From NCBI GenBank assembly GCA_964019335.1, contig OZ025756.1, forward strand, positions 124,001 to 188,000: 64,000 bases of DNA, written 5' to 3'. Positions 20,869 through 32,713 of this stretch are shown here, piece after piece (position 1 is the first letter of the stretch; each line of letters opens with the position of its first letter). The notes under the pieces were generated by a model, which did not search any database, was not told where the DNA came from, and was given only the letters and a program-made list of their open reading frames with translations. Both the position numbers and the translations under genes were made by a program. This DNA comes from Diplonema japonicum (lineage: Eukaryota; Protista; Euglenozoa: Diplonemea).

Positions 20869-22992
20869 TTAGTGAGCTGCAAACTGTTCCACCCGAGTCA
20901 TCACCTCCACTTCCAGCAAGCGAAGTGAAGTCCCATCAGGTGCGCCACACGTGCCCTTTTCAGTGAAGATCATGTCTTCCATCGAAGAAATCTCAGAAAG
21001 AGAGCAGGCATAGTAGCACAGAACACCACATGAAACAGCATCGCTGCACAGTGAACTGCTCACCACCACACCAGTTCCAAGAACAGTCATGAATTTCTGT
21101 TTTCTGTCCCCCACCGTCCCATGAAAAATGGTGCTCGTCGACATCCCCACATGGATCGAGGCCTCACCCCCAAGGCCAGCAGACACCCCAAGCATCTTCA
21201 CAAACACCAACGAGTTCTCAACATGTGTGGGGCATGGTTTGGTGCAGTTCCAGCAGACAGCAACCCTGTTCCCCTGAAGCGACACCACTGCTCCGTGTGA
21301 CCTCTCCGTGCACGTCAGTATCCTTGCAAGCCCGTTGTTCACAATGGCACCGACTTCGCTGCCTGACTCGTAGCTCTTTAACGCAACCTCAACCTTCCCA
21401 ACAGTGGCACAGGTGTTGCGCTGCAACGCTTCGTTGCACCCGCCAAGAGAGTACACACTCTCTTTTGCTGAAACCAATGATACACGACTTGCAAGCTTGG
21501 CAGCTGCGAGTTTGTTGGGCTTTCTATTCTCCCTCTTCAGGAGGAGCTGCTGCTCAACAAAGGACGTCCTCCCAAGAAGGGATCGGGGGAGGAGAAGGAA
21601 GGGGTTCAGTGAGTCACCCACACCCTTCAGTTCAGTCGACCCCATCGGGATGACAGAGACAGAGTCAAGGGGACCAACAGCCTCCATCACCTCAGGAGTG
21701 ACAGCAACAGCCCCACCCACACAGACCCCTTCCATCCGAGCCGCCTTGTTCACAGTGTTCCCAAAGTAGTCGTACCTCCCTGTCAGGTTGTTCAGTTGTA
21801 ACGAAACATCACCACAGTGAACACCCACACGAACCCTGAGACCACACCAAGGGCCTTCAGCATCCCACGAACAGTGGTCAACAGTGTCCAAGAGCTCCTC
21901 AGGCCACACACTCTTCACAAGCCTCTCCTGAACAGACAGACCGAACCACACCGCATCAGAAGCACTCTCAAAGGCCACCATGAAGGAGTCCCCAATGGTC
22001 TTCACCTCGTACCCATTGTGCTCAGCGATGCAGTCCCGTATTGCCTGGTTGTGAACCTGAAGTCCCTCCTTCATCCCTTCTGGACATGCCTCCCATGTTG
22101 CCGTCGATCCTTGGATGTCGGTGAAGACAAGGGTTGCTCTCTCAGATTGAAGACCAGGTGGTGGGACTTCAGAATAGCACTTTTTGCTCTCGCTGTGCAT
22201 GCTGTGGAAGAGTGCATCGGGGAGGTAGGGGCGATAGTCCTTGAGGTTTGCAAGGATGTTGCTGAAGGCATCGTAAAGCGGAGGGGGGAGGGAGGCTGTT
22301 GAGATGATGGCCTCGGCTGCTTCAAGGTCGAAGTGGGAGAGGGAGGTCGCGATGTCCTCGGCGGCAATGACAACCTTATTCATATTTTCACGTTCTTGCT
22401 CAACGCTACGAGCGAAGCCTCTGGTGAAGTAGAAGTCGAGGAGGAAGACCATAATTTGGCCTAAGCAAGTGTTGAAAGCATCCAATACGTGACGCTTGCA
22501 GGGAAGGGTTGTGCAGTTATAAATCTCTCGGCGGTCTTCTTGTGAAGGGAGGTGAGAGAGGTCGAAAAGGCCAAATCGAAAAGAGCTCTCAAAAAACAAC
22601 AACACAAACCAGAGAAGAAGTGCTCCCACCAATGTTTTAGCGACGCGTGACTTAAATCGGCAAACAAGGCAGACATCAATAAGAAGTACGAAGAACGTCC
22701 AATCCCTGTTTTCCGAACTACGCGCCATCTGCCTAAGGTCTGCCAAAATCAATACACACCCCAGTGTGTATATCATTAACTCAAGTAACCCAGGTCGAAG
22801 GCGGCGTTCGACAAGGAGCTGCAAGAAGACTGCCGTTGAACTGCAGAATCCCAACACCGATGTAAAAGTCACTTTTTCAATCACAGAAATAAGAAAAGCT
22901 ATGCTTGCCCCAATGGTGCCTACCAGCAATGTCCTCTTCGAAAGAATGGTGTGCGGGCTGTCGTCTGAACGGATAGCACATTGAAAAAACAT
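20869..22992 (-). CDS. Polytopic class III adenylate cyclase with a C-terminal degenerate cyclase domain
   Basis: 707 aa; multi-TM N-terminus; FTDIQGST, EVKTIGDSFM, LRVRVGVHCG, YDYFGNTVNKAARME. Confidence 0.93.
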   Translation of the reverse strand: MFFQCAIRSDDSPHTILSKRTLLVGTIGASIAFLISVIEKVTFTSVLGFCSSTAVFLQLLVERRLRPGLLELMIYTLGCVLILADLRQMARSSENRDWTFFVLLIDVCLVCRFKSRVAKTLVGALLLWFVLLFFESSFRFGLFDLSHLPSQEDRREIYNCTTLPCKRHVLDAFNTCLGQIMVFLLDFYFTRGFARSVEQERENMNKVVIAAEDIATSLSHFDLEAAEAIISTASLPPPLYDAFSNILANLKDYRPYLPDALFHSMHSESKKCYSEVPPPGLQSERATLVFTDIQGSTATWEACPEGMKEGLQVHNQAIRDCIAEHNGYEVKTIGDSFMVAFESASDAVWFGLSVQERLVKSVWPEELLDTVDHCSWDAEGPWCGLRVRVGVHCGDVSLQLNNLTGRYDYFGNTVNKAARMEGVCVGGAVAVTPEVMEAVGPLDSVSVIPMGSTELKGVGDSLNPFLLLPRSLLGRTSFVEQQLLLKRENRKPNKLAAAKLASRVSLVSAKESVYSLGGCNEALQRNTCATVGKVEVALKSYESGSEVGAIVNNGLARILTCTERSHGAVVSLQGNRVAVCWNCTKPCPTHVENSLVFVKMLGVSAGLGGEASIHVGMSTSTIFHGTVGDRKQKFMTVLGTGVVVSSSLCSDAVSCGVLCYYACSLSEISSMEDMIFTEKGTCGAPDGTSLRLLEVEVMTRVEQFAAH

Positions 22993-23069
22993 TTTTTTTA
23001 TCAGTTAACCTGTAATCTGTAAGGAGATGAAAAGCGAGATAAAAACGATTGAACTCAAAAAAAAAATAC

Positions 23070-23575
23070 TAGCCTTGCTGGAAAACAAAAAAAACTCAAA
23101 AAACAGAACGCTGGTTGCTCGTCGACATCCCCACATGGATCGAGGCCTCACCCCCAAGGCCAGCAGACACCCCAAGCATCTTCACAAACACCAACGAGTT
23201 CTCAACATGTGTGGGGCATGGTTTGGTGCAGTTCCAGCAGACAGCAACCCTGTTCCCCTGAAGCGACACCACTGCTCCGTGTGACCTCTCCGTGCACGTC
23301 AGTATCTTAGCACCCTTGAGCCACCCACCCCCTTCAGTTCAGTCTCCCCCATCGGGATGACAGAGACAGAGTCAAGGGGGCGTCCTGCTTCCATCACCTC
23401 AGGAGTGACAGCAACAGCCCCACCCACACAGACCCCTTCCATCCGAGCCGCCTTGTTCACAGTGTTCCCAAAGTAGTCGTACCTCCCTGTCAGGTTGATG
23501 AAGGCAACACCGATACTATAAAGAAGGAACTCTAGTATCACGTTGTCAGACCTGCGAATGACAAACAGCTGGTAT
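23070..23575 (-). pseudogene. Adenylate cyclase relic collapsed by multiple deletions
   Basis: Four collinear blocks (3' motif, second domain, end of catalytic domain, TM region) joined within ~500 bp. Confidence 0.9.
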
Positions 23576-24026
23576 TACAGTTTACTATTGTTGTTTGCGC
23601 ACAGCGGGGCCCCAAAGAGGCAGGAGTATGCAGGAAAGACGAAGAGTACTTTAGTACTTAAGAGTTTTTCATATTTAAAGGACCTCTGCGACCCACCTTC
23701 GTTGCCAGTGAAGGCATCAGATGGTTGTCGTGTGTGAGCACATACTCCAGAGTCAGGGCTTGTCCTGCACGACGATCAGGGTCAGCACCTCGCGCAAAGA
23801 GTACCGTGCTAACCGCGCCTATCGCCGCCCTGTCCCAACTTCAGAGCACCCTAAGCAATCCTATTTGGAAGATGTGGCTGCAGTCAGGTACAAAATGCCG
23901 CTGGTCCACCATGTACCTTCGTTCGTATCAGCTATTCTTCTTCGTCGCATGTGCAAGTGAGGTCATTACTGTAGCTACTGCATTGTGACCTTCCTTGCGT
24001 CGACCCCGCCTGTTGGAAAACAAGGC

Positions 24027-26183
24027 TCAAAGAACAGAAAGCTGGTCCGATGATTCAAACTGTTCCACCCGAGTCATCACTTTTACTTCCAGCAAGCGAA
24101 GTGAAGTCCCATCAGGTGCGTCATATGTACCCTTTTCAGTGAAGCTCATATCTTTTGAAGAAGGCTCAGAAAGAGAGCAGGCATAGTAGCACAGAACACC
24201 ACATGAAACAGCATCGCTGCACAGTGAACTGCTCACCACCACACCAGTTCCAAGAACAGTCATGAATTTCTGTTTTCTGTCCCCCACTGTCCCGTGAAAC
24301 ATGGTGCTCGTCGACATCCCCACATGGATCGAGGCCTCACCCCCAAGGCCATTACCTAGTTCAGCGGTCATCCCAAGCATCTTCACAAACACCAACGAGT
24401 TCTCAACATGTGTGGGGCATGGTTTGGTGCAGTTCCAGCAGACAGCAACCCTGTTCCCCTGAAGCGACACCACTGCTCCGTGTGACCTCTCCGTGCACGT
24501 CAGTATCTTCGCAAGCCCAGCATTCATCTTTTTCATCACTTCACTTTTAGACTCGTAGTTCCTTAAAGCAAGCTCAACCTTCCCAACAGTGGCGGAGGTT
24601 CTCATAGACTGGCCGAGATAGCTCAGGCTATTCTCTTTGTCGTCTCGAAGAGATTTTGCCGACTCACTGCGACATATAATCAGTTTCCTTTCCTCCCTCT
24701 TCACGAAGAGCTGCTCTTCCACAAAGGACGTCCTCCCAAGAAGGGAACGGGGGAGGAGAAGGAAGGGGTTCAGTGAGTCACCCACACCCTTCAGTTCAGT
24801 CTGCCCCATCGGGATGACAGAGACAGAGTCAAGGGGACCAACAGCCTCCATCACCTCAGGAGTGACAGCAACAGCCCCACCCACACAAGCCCCTTCCATC
24901 CGAGCCGCCTTGTTCACAGTGTTCCCAAAGTAGTCGTACCTCCCTGTCAGGTTGTTCAGTTGTAACGAAACATCACCACAGTGAACACCCACACGAACCC
25001 TGAGACCACACCAAGGGCCTTCAGCATCCCACGAACAGTGGTCAACAGTGTCCAAGAGCTCCTCAGGCCACACACTCTTCACAAGCCTCTCCTGAACAGA
25101 CAGACCGAACCACACCGCATCAGAAGCACTCTCGAAGGCCACCATGAAAGCATCCCCAATGGTCTTCACCTCGTACCCATTGTGCTCAGCGATGCAGTCC
25201 CGTATTGCCTGGTTGTGAACCTGAAGTCCCTCTTGCATCCCTTCTGGACATGCCTCCCATGTTGCCGTCGATCCTTGGATGTCGGTGAAGACAAGGGTTG
25301 CTCTCTCAGATTGAAGACCAGGTGGTGGGACTTCTGAACAGTGCCTTTTGCCCTCGCTGTGCATGCTGTGGAAGAGTGCATCGGGGAGGTAGGGACGATA
25401 GTTCTTAAGGTTTGCAAGGATGTTGCTGAAGGCATCGTAAAGCGGAGGGGGGAGGGAGGCGGCTGAGATGATGTCCTCGGCTGCTTCAAGGTCGAAGCGG
25501 GAGAGGGAGGTCGCGATGTCCTCTGTGGCGGCGATCACTTTGTTCATCTTGTCGTGTTCTTTGTGCAGTTCAGAAGCGAAGCCTCGGGTGAAGTAGAAGT
25601 CGAGGAGGAAGATGGAAAGCTGTGTAAAGGTGGCTTCGAAAGTAGTCAAGTACTGTGTCTTGCAAGGTAGGGTGGAACACGATATGGACTCACGGCGCTG
25701 CTGCTGAGTGGAGAGCATTGAGAGGTCGAAGAGGCCAAAACGGTTGGTCTGCTCGACGTAAAGGATGGTGAACCAGACCACCAGGCCGATGATTGTGTTT
25801 ATGGGAACACGCTTAGGGAAGCGGCAGACAAGGCAGACATCTATGAGTACGACAAAAAAGGGCCATATTCTGTTTTCACTGCCCAGCGAAATCTCATACA
25901 AATCGCCACAGATGAAGGTAACACCGATACTGTAAATAAGGAACTCTAGTATCACGTTGTCAGACCTGCGAATGACAAACAGCTGGTACAACATTGGAAA
26001 CGCATTAAGAAGGCCAATAGTGCAAAACACCACCTCGATCTCAACCGGGTCGTTGAGAAGTATCAGGGCGTTCCCAATTAAAACGAACACCGTACCTATC
26101 AACAGAATCTTCTTGATGAAGACTTCATGTCGGTCGTCGCCCGGCCGTATAATATAGCTCAGCAACTTGTCTACGAACATCAT
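24027..26183 (-). CDS. Polytopic adenylate cyclase (MMFVDK subfamily)
   Basis: All catalytic motifs present; start at MMFVDK just downstream of a pyrimidine-rich AG. Confidence 0.93.
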   Translation of the reverse strand: MMFVDKLLSYIIRPGDDRHEVFIKKILLIGTVFVLIGNALILLNDPVEIEVVFCTIGLLNAFPMLYQLFVIRRSDNVILEFLIYSIGVTFICGDLYEISLGSENRIWPFFVVLIDVCLVCRFPKRVPINTIIGLVVWFTILYVEQTNRFGLFDLSMLSTQQQRRESISCSTLPCKTQYLTTFEATFTQLSIFLLDFYFTRGFASELHKEHDKMNKVIAATEDIATSLSRFDLEAAEDIISAASLPPPLYDAFSNILANLKNYRPYLPDALFHSMHSEGKRHCSEVPPPGLQSERATLVFTDIQGSTATWEACPEGMQEGLQVHNQAIRDCIAEHNGYEVKTIGDAFMVAFESASDAVWFGLSVQERLVKSVWPEELLDTVDHCSWDAEGPWCGLRVRVGVHCGDVSLQLNNLTGRYDYFGNTVNKAARMEGACVGGAVAVTPEVMEAVGPLDSVSVIPMGQTELKGVGDSLNPFLLLPRSLLGRTSFVEEQLFVKREERKLIICRSESAKSLRDDKENSLSYLGQSMRTSATVGKVELALRNYESKSEVMKKMNAGLAKILTCTERSHGAVVSLQGNRVAVCWNCTKPCPTHVENSLVFVKMLGMTAELGNGLGGEASIHVGMSTSTMFHGTVGDRKQKFMTVLGTGVVVSSSLCSDAVSCGVLCYYACSLSEPSSKDMSFTEKGTYDAPDGTSLRLLEVKVMTRVEQFESSDQLSVL

Positions 26184-27666
26184 TGTTCGCCTGTAGAAAT
26201 GAAAAATGTAATTGGATTGCGCATAAATTTTCTTCAAGAGCAAAATGAGTAGGTTTGATTGTTTTATGTGCACATGTCTTCCCTTTTTCCCGAATGGGAG
26301 AAGTCACCCTTACGCTTGAGGCCCTGGCCCCTGACGGTCACGTGCCAAGCCCGGCTTCGATACAGAGTGGAAGGCCTCGGCGGAGAATTTCTGCCGTGGC
26401 GCTGCTCGTACTTCCGCCCACGTGCCAGCGCCAGCTCTCCCCACGTGATCGGATGCGGTTGCTCTCAAGCGACACGAGGAGGAGGTGTATTGGGCAGTGT
26501 CGCTTCGCCCGTACAAGCGGCAGCGTCGAACAACGACTTCACAACAGCAAGAGCGCGCCTTTGCTAGTGCTCGAACGCTCTTCCCTTTTCGAAGGGGGAC
26601 TCGGGCAGGTTCTCCCTATAACGGTCCCGGAGCTCTTGCCAGATCTGCCTCCTGAGGTGGGGAAGTTCAAATACCCCTACCCAGCTCGCTGCTTGCGAAC
26701 GTCGAATGAGGCAGGGAGCTCGCGTGGGATCTCTTCCAGACCTCTGCGGCCTGCTGAAACTTCGAGATCCCTGCGACCCTCGGGGCCTCTGCGGCCCTCA
26801 GCAAATTCGAGGTCCAAGTCCTCTGCGGACTTCTGTAGAGTCTGGGTCTCTGCGACCCTCTACGGCTTCCGAGTCTCTGAGACTGGCACGTCTGCAGAGA
26901 GTCTAGAGAAGGAGAGCATCTCTGCGATACCTTCAGCTATAAGCTGACCCCGGGGACTCTGTAGGAAAGCCTTAACGGAGGCCTTGTCGTGGGTCATATC
27001 CGTGTCGGTAGGGGTCTTCTTGGGTGGGGAACGAGAGGTTCCTGATCCACTTGAATACCCCAGGTGCATACGGGGCCCCCGGGAGCTCCACTACCTGACG
27101 TGACGGCTGTCAGCTGCCCTAGGCAGCTGCCCCAGGAGATGCTTATCAAACTCGCTCATTTGACTAGACGGGTATTTCTTGTTTGTGCACCGGGATTAAC
27201 ATGTAGAAGGATAAGCTCAACAATGTTCCCACTACTTTTTAGCAATGTTTGTCTTGTTCAAGTAAAGAACCAAAAGATAATAACAAGATGACCTACTGTA
27301 CCAATCGTACGAGCGTCCTTCTGCTTGGTTGTTGACTCTGGTTGGAAAGTGAGGCTGCTGTCAGACATAAAGAGGTCGGATCCCTCTGCTCACCTAACTT
27401 TAAGACGTCTGGTGCATCTCTCTATCATAAAACCACAGATTCCGTGTTATCCCTGGTCCGCTGTGTGCTCAACGGCCACTGTGTACCATCAGTTTTATTA
27501 GCATGCGTCCTACTTGTGGCCCTCTTAGTGACGGCTTTGTGTTAGTGGATGAAGTGCACCCTTCTTGTTAATTCTAAATCAATATAGCTCTGGTCCCGCA
27601 TGTACGACGATAGCTATTACATTATGACCTTCCTTGCGTCGACCCCGCCTTGTTGGAAAACAAAGC

Positions 27667-29814
27667 TCAAAGAACAGAAAGCTGGTCCGATGATTCAAAC
27701 TGTTCCACCCGAGTCATCAACTCCACTTCCAACAAGCGAAGTGAAGTCCCATCAGGTGCGTCACACGTGCCCTTTTCAGTGAAGCTCATATCTTGCATCG
27801 AAGAAATCTCAGAAAGAGAGCAGGCATAGTAGCACAGAACACCACATGAAACAGCATCGCTGCACAGTGAACTGCTCACCACCACACCAGTTCCAAGAAC
27901 AGTCATGAATTTCTGTTTTCTGTCCCCCACCGTCCCATGAAACATGGTGCTCGTCGACATCCCCACATGGATCGAGGCCTCACCCCCAAGGCCAGCAGAC
28001 ACCCCAAGCATCTTCACAAACACCAACGAGTTCTCAACATGTGTGGGGCATAATTTAATACAATTCCAGCTCACTTGTACCTGGTTCCCCTGAAGTGACA
28101 CCACTGCTCCGTGTGACCTCTCCGTGCATGTCAGCATCTTCGCAAGCCAGGTATTCATCTTTTTCATCACTTCACTTTTAGACTCGTAGTTCCTTAAAGC
28201 AAGCTCAACCTTCCCAACAGTGGCGGAGGTTCTCATAACCTGGCTGAGATCGCCCGCGCTATTTTCTTTGTGGACGCCAAAGGATTTTTCCGACTCACTG
28301 CGACATATAATCAGTTTCCTGTCCTCTCTCTTCACGAAGAGCTGCTCTTCCACAAAGGACTTCCTCCCAAGAAGGGAACGAGGGAGGAGAAGGAAGGGGT
28401 TCAGTGAGTCACCCACACCCTTCAGTTCAGTCTGCCCCATCGGGATGACAGAGACAGAGTCAAGGGGACCAACAGCCTCCATCACCTCAGGAGTGACAGC
28501 AACAGCCCCACCCACACAAGCCCCTTCCATCCGAGCCGCCTTGTTCACAGTGTTCCCAAAGTAGTCGTACCTCCCTGTCAGGTTGTTCAGTTGTACCGAA
28601 ACATCACCACAGTGAACACCCACACGAACCCTGAGACCACACCAAGGGCCTTCAGCATCCCACGAACAGTGGTCAACAGTGTCCAAGAGCTCCTCAGGCC
28701 ACACACTGTTCACAAGCCTCTCCTGAACAGACAGACCGAACCACACCGCATCAGAAGCACTCTCAAAGGCCACCATGAAAGCATCCCCAATGGTCTTCAC
28801 CTCGTGCCCATTGTGCCCAGCGATGCAGTCCCGTATTGCCTGGTTGTGAACCTGAAGTCCCTCTTGCATCCCTTCTGGACATGCCTCCCATGTTGCCGTC
28901 GATCCTTGGATGTCGGTGAAGACAAGGCTTGCTCTCTCAGATTGAAGACCAGGTGGTGGGACTTCAGAGTACCGCCTTTTGCCCTCGCTGTGCATGTCGC
29001 GGAAGAGTGCATCGGGGAGGTAGGGGCGGTAAATCTCAAGGTTCTCAACAATGGTTTGGAAGGCATCGTAAAGCGGAGGGGGGAGGGAGGCGGCTGAGAT
29101 GATGGCCTCGGCTGAGACAAGGTCGAAGCGGGAGAGGGAGGTCGCGATGTCCTCTGTGGCGGCGATCACTTTGTTCATCTTGTCGTGTTCTTTGTGCAGT
29201 TCAGAAGCAAAGCCTCGAGTGAAGTAGAAGTCGAGGAGGAAGATGATAAGCTGTAAAAGGGTGGCTTCGAGAGTAGTCATGTACTGTACCTTGCAAGGTA
29301 GGGTGGAGCATGATGTAAACTCACGGCGTTGCTGCTGAGTGGAGAGAATTGAGAGGTCGAAGAGGCCAAAGCGGTTGGTCTGCTCGACGAAAAGGATGGT
29401 GAACCAGATCACCAGGCTGATGATGATGTTTATGGAAACACGCTTAGGGAGGCGGCAGACAAGGCACATGTCTATGAGGATGACAAAAAAGGGCCACCCT
29501 CTGTTGACACTATTCATAGATATCTCATGCAAATCGCCACAGAAGAAGTTAGCACCAATACCGTAAAAAAGGAACTCTAGTATCACGTTGTCAGACCTGC
29601 GAATGACAAACAGCTGGTACAACATTGGTAACAAAGTAAGGTAGTTAATAATGCAAAACACCATCTGTATTTGAACCGGGTCGTTCAAAAATATTATGGT
29701 GTTCCCAATTATAATACTCACCACGCACGTCATCAGAATCTTCTTGATGAAGACTTCATGTCGGTCGTCGCCCGGCCGTATAATATAGCTCAGCAACTTG
29801 TCTACGAACATCAT
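27667..29814 (-). CDS. Polytopic adenylate cyclase (MMFVDK subfamily)
   Basis: All catalytic motifs present; start by homology with paralogs. Confidence 0.93.
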   Translation of the reverse strand: MMFVDKLLSYIIRPGDDRHEVFIKKILMTCVVSIIIGNTIIFLNDPVQIQMVFCIINYLTLLPMLYQLFVIRRSDNVILEFLFYGIGANFFCGDLHEISMNSVNRGWPFFVILIDMCLVCRLPKRVSINIIISLVIWFTILFVEQTNRFGLFDLSILSTQQQRREFTSCSTLPCKVQYMTTLEATLLQLIIFLLDFYFTRGFASELHKEHDKMNKVIAATEDIATSLSRFDLVSAEAIISAASLPPPLYDAFQTIVENLEIYRPYLPDALFRDMHSEGKRRYSEVPPPGLQSERASLVFTDIQGSTATWEACPEGMQEGLQVHNQAIRDCIAGHNGHEVKTIGDAFMVAFESASDAVWFGLSVQERLVNSVWPEELLDTVDHCSWDAEGPWCGLRVRVGVHCGDVSVQLNNLTGRYDYFGNTVNKAARMEGACVGGAVAVTPEVMEAVGPLDSVSVIPMGQTELKGVGDSLNPFLLLPRSLLGRKSFVEEQLFVKREDRKLIICRSESEKSFGVHKENSAGDLSQVMRTSATVGKVELALRNYESKSEVMKKMNTWLAKMLTCTERSHGAVVSLQGNQVQVSWNCIKLCPTHVENSLVFVKMLGVSAGLGGEASIHVGMSTSTMFHGTVGDRKQKFMTVLGTGVVVSSSLCSDAVSCGVLCYYACSLSEISSMQDMSFTEKGTCDAPDGTSLRLLEVELMTRVEQFESSDQLSVL

Positions 29815-30199
29815 TGTGCCCAATGCCCTGTAGATGAAAAGTAACGAATAATGTGATGAAACGCACTGTATCTTTCCTTGAAGGCCTGGTACTTTGAAGG
29901 CCACCAATAATGTTGTCAGCTACTTGTCGAGGTTGCGCCAGCTTGTTCCAGTACTAACGAGTTTTGCACCTTTACCCAGCATCGCATCTTGTTCAAGACT
30001 TTATTCAGTAAATGTTCTTGCCTTCTTTTAGTGTCGTGAGTAGTATTAGACCAATATTATGTGCACGTGACCACTGCTTACTATGCCATCTTACATCAAG
30101 GACACACAAAATGTGGGACAACAACAAAATAAGTGTAAAGATTTTAACTAACCAGCCTTGTTGGAAAGCAAAGGCTCAAAGAACAGAAAGCTACCCCGG

Positions 30200-32329
30200 T
30201 TATTCAAACTGTTCCACCCGAGTCATCACCTCCACTTCCAGCAAGCGAAGTGAAGTCCCATCAGGTGCGTCATATGTACCCTTTTCAGTGAAGATCATGT
30301 CTTTTGAGGAAATCTCAGAAAGAGAGCAGGCATAGTAGCACAGAACACCACATGAAACAGCATCGCTGCACAGTGAACTGCTCACCACCACACCAGTTCC
30401 AAGAACAGTCATGAACTTCTGATTTCTGTCCCCCACCGTCCCGTGAAACATGGTGCTCGTCGACATCCCCACATGGATCGAGGCCTCACCCCCAAGGCCA
30501 TTACCTAGTTCAGCGGACACCCCAAGCATCTTCACAAACACCAACGAGTTCTCAACATGTGTGGGGCATGGTTTGGTGCAGTTCCAGCAGACAGCAACCC
30601 TGTTCCCCTGAAGTGACACCACTGCTCCGTGTGACCTCTCCGTGCACGTCAGTATCTTCGAAAGCCCCGCATTCATCTTTTTCATCACTTCACCTTTAGA
30701 CTCGTAGCTCCTTAACGCAAGCTCAAGCTTCCCAACAGTGGCGGAGGTTCTAATTACCTGGCTGAGATCGCTCAGGTTATTGTCTTTGTAGTCCCCAAAA
30801 GATTTTGGAGACTCACTGCGACAAAAAATCAGTTTCCTGTCCTCCCTCTTCAGCTTAAGTTGTTGCTCCACAAAGGACTTCCTCTCAAGAAGGGAACGAG
30901 GGAGAAGAAGGGAGGGGTATATCACACCACCCACACCCTTCAGTTCAGTCTCCCCCATCGGGATGACAGAGACAGAGTCAAGGGGACCAACAGCCTCCAT
31001 CACCTCAGGAGTGACAGCAACAGCCCCACCCACACAAGCCCCTTCCATCCGAGCAGCCTTGTTCACAGTGTTCCCAAAGTAGTCGTACCTCCCTGTCAGG
31101 TTGTTCAGTTGTACCGAAACATCACCACAGTGAACACCCACACGAACCCTGAGACCACACCAAGGGCCTTCAGGATACAACGAACAGCAGTTCAGTGTCA
31201 GAAGCTCCTCAGGCCACACACTCTTCACAAGCCTCTCCTGAACAGACAGACCAAACCACACCGCATCAGAAGCACTCTCGAAGGCCACCATGAAGGAGTC
31301 CCCAATGGTCTTCACCTCGTACCCATTGTGCCCAGCGATGCAGTCCCGTATTGCCTGGTTGTGAACCTGAAGTCCCTCCTTCATCCCTTCTGGACATGCC
31401 TCCCATGTTGCCGTCGATCCTTGGATGTCGGTGAAGACAAGGCTTGCTCTCTCAGATTGAAGACCAGGTGGTGGGACTTCAGAACAGTGTCTTTTGCTCT
31501 CGCTGTGCATGCTGTGGAAGAGTGCATCGGGGAGGTAGGGGCGGTAAATCTCAAGGTTCTCAACAATGGTTTGGAAGGCATCATGAAGGGGAGGGGGGAG
31601 GGAGGCGGCTGAGATGATGGCCTCGGCTGAGACAAGGTCGAAGTGGGAGAGGGAGGTCGCGATGTCCTCTGTGGCGGCGATCACTTTGTTCATCTTGTAG
31701 TGTTCTTTGTGCAGTTCAGAAGCAAAGCCTCGGGTGAAGTAGAAGTCGAGGAGGAAGATGGAAAGCTGTGTTACGGTATTTTCTAAAGTAGTCATGTACT
31801 GCGTCTTGCAAGGTAGGGCGGAGCACGATACAAGCTCGCGGCGTTGCTGCTGAGTGGAGAGAATTGAGAGGTCGAAGAGGCCAAAGCGGTTGGTCTGCTC
31901 GACGAAAAGGATGGTGAACCAGACCACCAGGCTGATGATGATGTTTATGGAAACACGCTTAGGGAGGCGGCAGACAAGGCAGACATCTATGAGTACGACG
32001 AAAAAAGGCCAACCTCTGTTTGCACTAGCCAGAGAAATATAGTACAAATCACCTAAGATGAAGCAGATACTGATACTGTAAAGAATGAACTCTAGTATTA
32101 TGCTGTCAGACCTGCGAATGACAAACAGCTGGTACAAAATTGGAAAGAGATTAAGAAGGCCAATAATGCAATAAATCACCTCGATCTCAACCGGGTCGTT
32201 GAGAAGTAACATGGTGTTCCCAATTATAAGAGCCACTGCACTTATCAGCAGAATCTTCTTGATGAAGACTTCATGTCTCTCGTCGCCCGGCCGTATAATA
32301 TAGCTCAGCAACATGTCTACGAACATCAT
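30200..32329 (-). CDS. Polytopic adenylate cyclase (MMFVDK subfamily)
   Basis: All catalytic motifs present; start by homology. Confidence 0.93.
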   Translation of the reverse strand: MMFVDMLLSYIIRPGDERHEVFIKKILLISAVALIIGNTMLLLNDPVEIEVIYCIIGLLNLFPILYQLFVIRRSDSIILEFILYSISICFILGDLYYISLASANRGWPFFVVLIDVCLVCRLPKRVSINIIISLVVWFTILFVEQTNRFGLFDLSILSTQQQRRELVSCSALPCKTQYMTTLENTVTQLSIFLLDFYFTRGFASELHKEHYKMNKVIAATEDIATSLSHFDLVSAEAIISAASLPPPLHDAFQTIVENLEIYRPYLPDALFHSMHSESKRHCSEVPPPGLQSERASLVFTDIQGSTATWEACPEGMKEGLQVHNQAIRDCIAGHNGYEVKTIGDSFMVAFESASDAVWFGLSVQERLVKSVWPEELLTLNCCSLYPEGPWCGLRVRVGVHCGDVSVQLNNLTGRYDYFGNTVNKAARMEGACVGGAVAVTPEVMEAVGPLDSVSVIPMGETELKGVGGVIYPSLLLPRSLLERKSFVEQQLKLKREDRKLIFCRSESPKSFGDYKDNNLSDLSQVIRTSATVGKLELALRSYESKGEVMKKMNAGLSKILTCTERSHGAVVSLQGNRVAVCWNCTKPCPTHVENSLVFVKMLGVSAELGNGLGGEASIHVGMSTSTMFHGTVGDRNQKFMTVLGTGVVVSSSLCSDAVSCGVLCYYACSLSEISSKDMIFTEKGTYDAPDGTSLRLLEVEVMTRVEQFE

Positions 32330-32454
32330 TGTACCCAATGCCCTGTAGATGAAAAGTGACAATGGAACTGCTAACAAAAAGAACTACTTTTTCAACGTCA
32401 ACTTCAAGGACACACAAAATCTGGGGCTACATAAGCCTAAAGATTCTAACACCT

Positions 32455-32625
32455 GCCAGTTAGAAAACAAAGCTCAAAGAACAGAAAGCTGGTTTAGTGA
32501 TTCAAACTGTTCCACCCGAGTCATCACTTTTACTTCCAACAAGCGAAGTGAAGTCCCATCAGATGCGTCATATGTACCCTTTTCAGTGAACCTCATGTCT
32601 TTTGAGTGAAAAATCTCAGAAAGAG
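32455..32625 (-). pseudogene. 3'-terminal fragment of an adenylate cyclase gene
   Basis: Matches the last ~130 coding nt plus the 3' motif of the neighbouring paralogs. Confidence 0.85.
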
Positions 32626-32713
32626 CGCTCTAATCTGATATGAAAGAAATGTACACTTCTACCCAACCTGCCTTGTTGGAAAACAAAGCTCAAAGAATAG
32701 AAAGCTACCCCGG

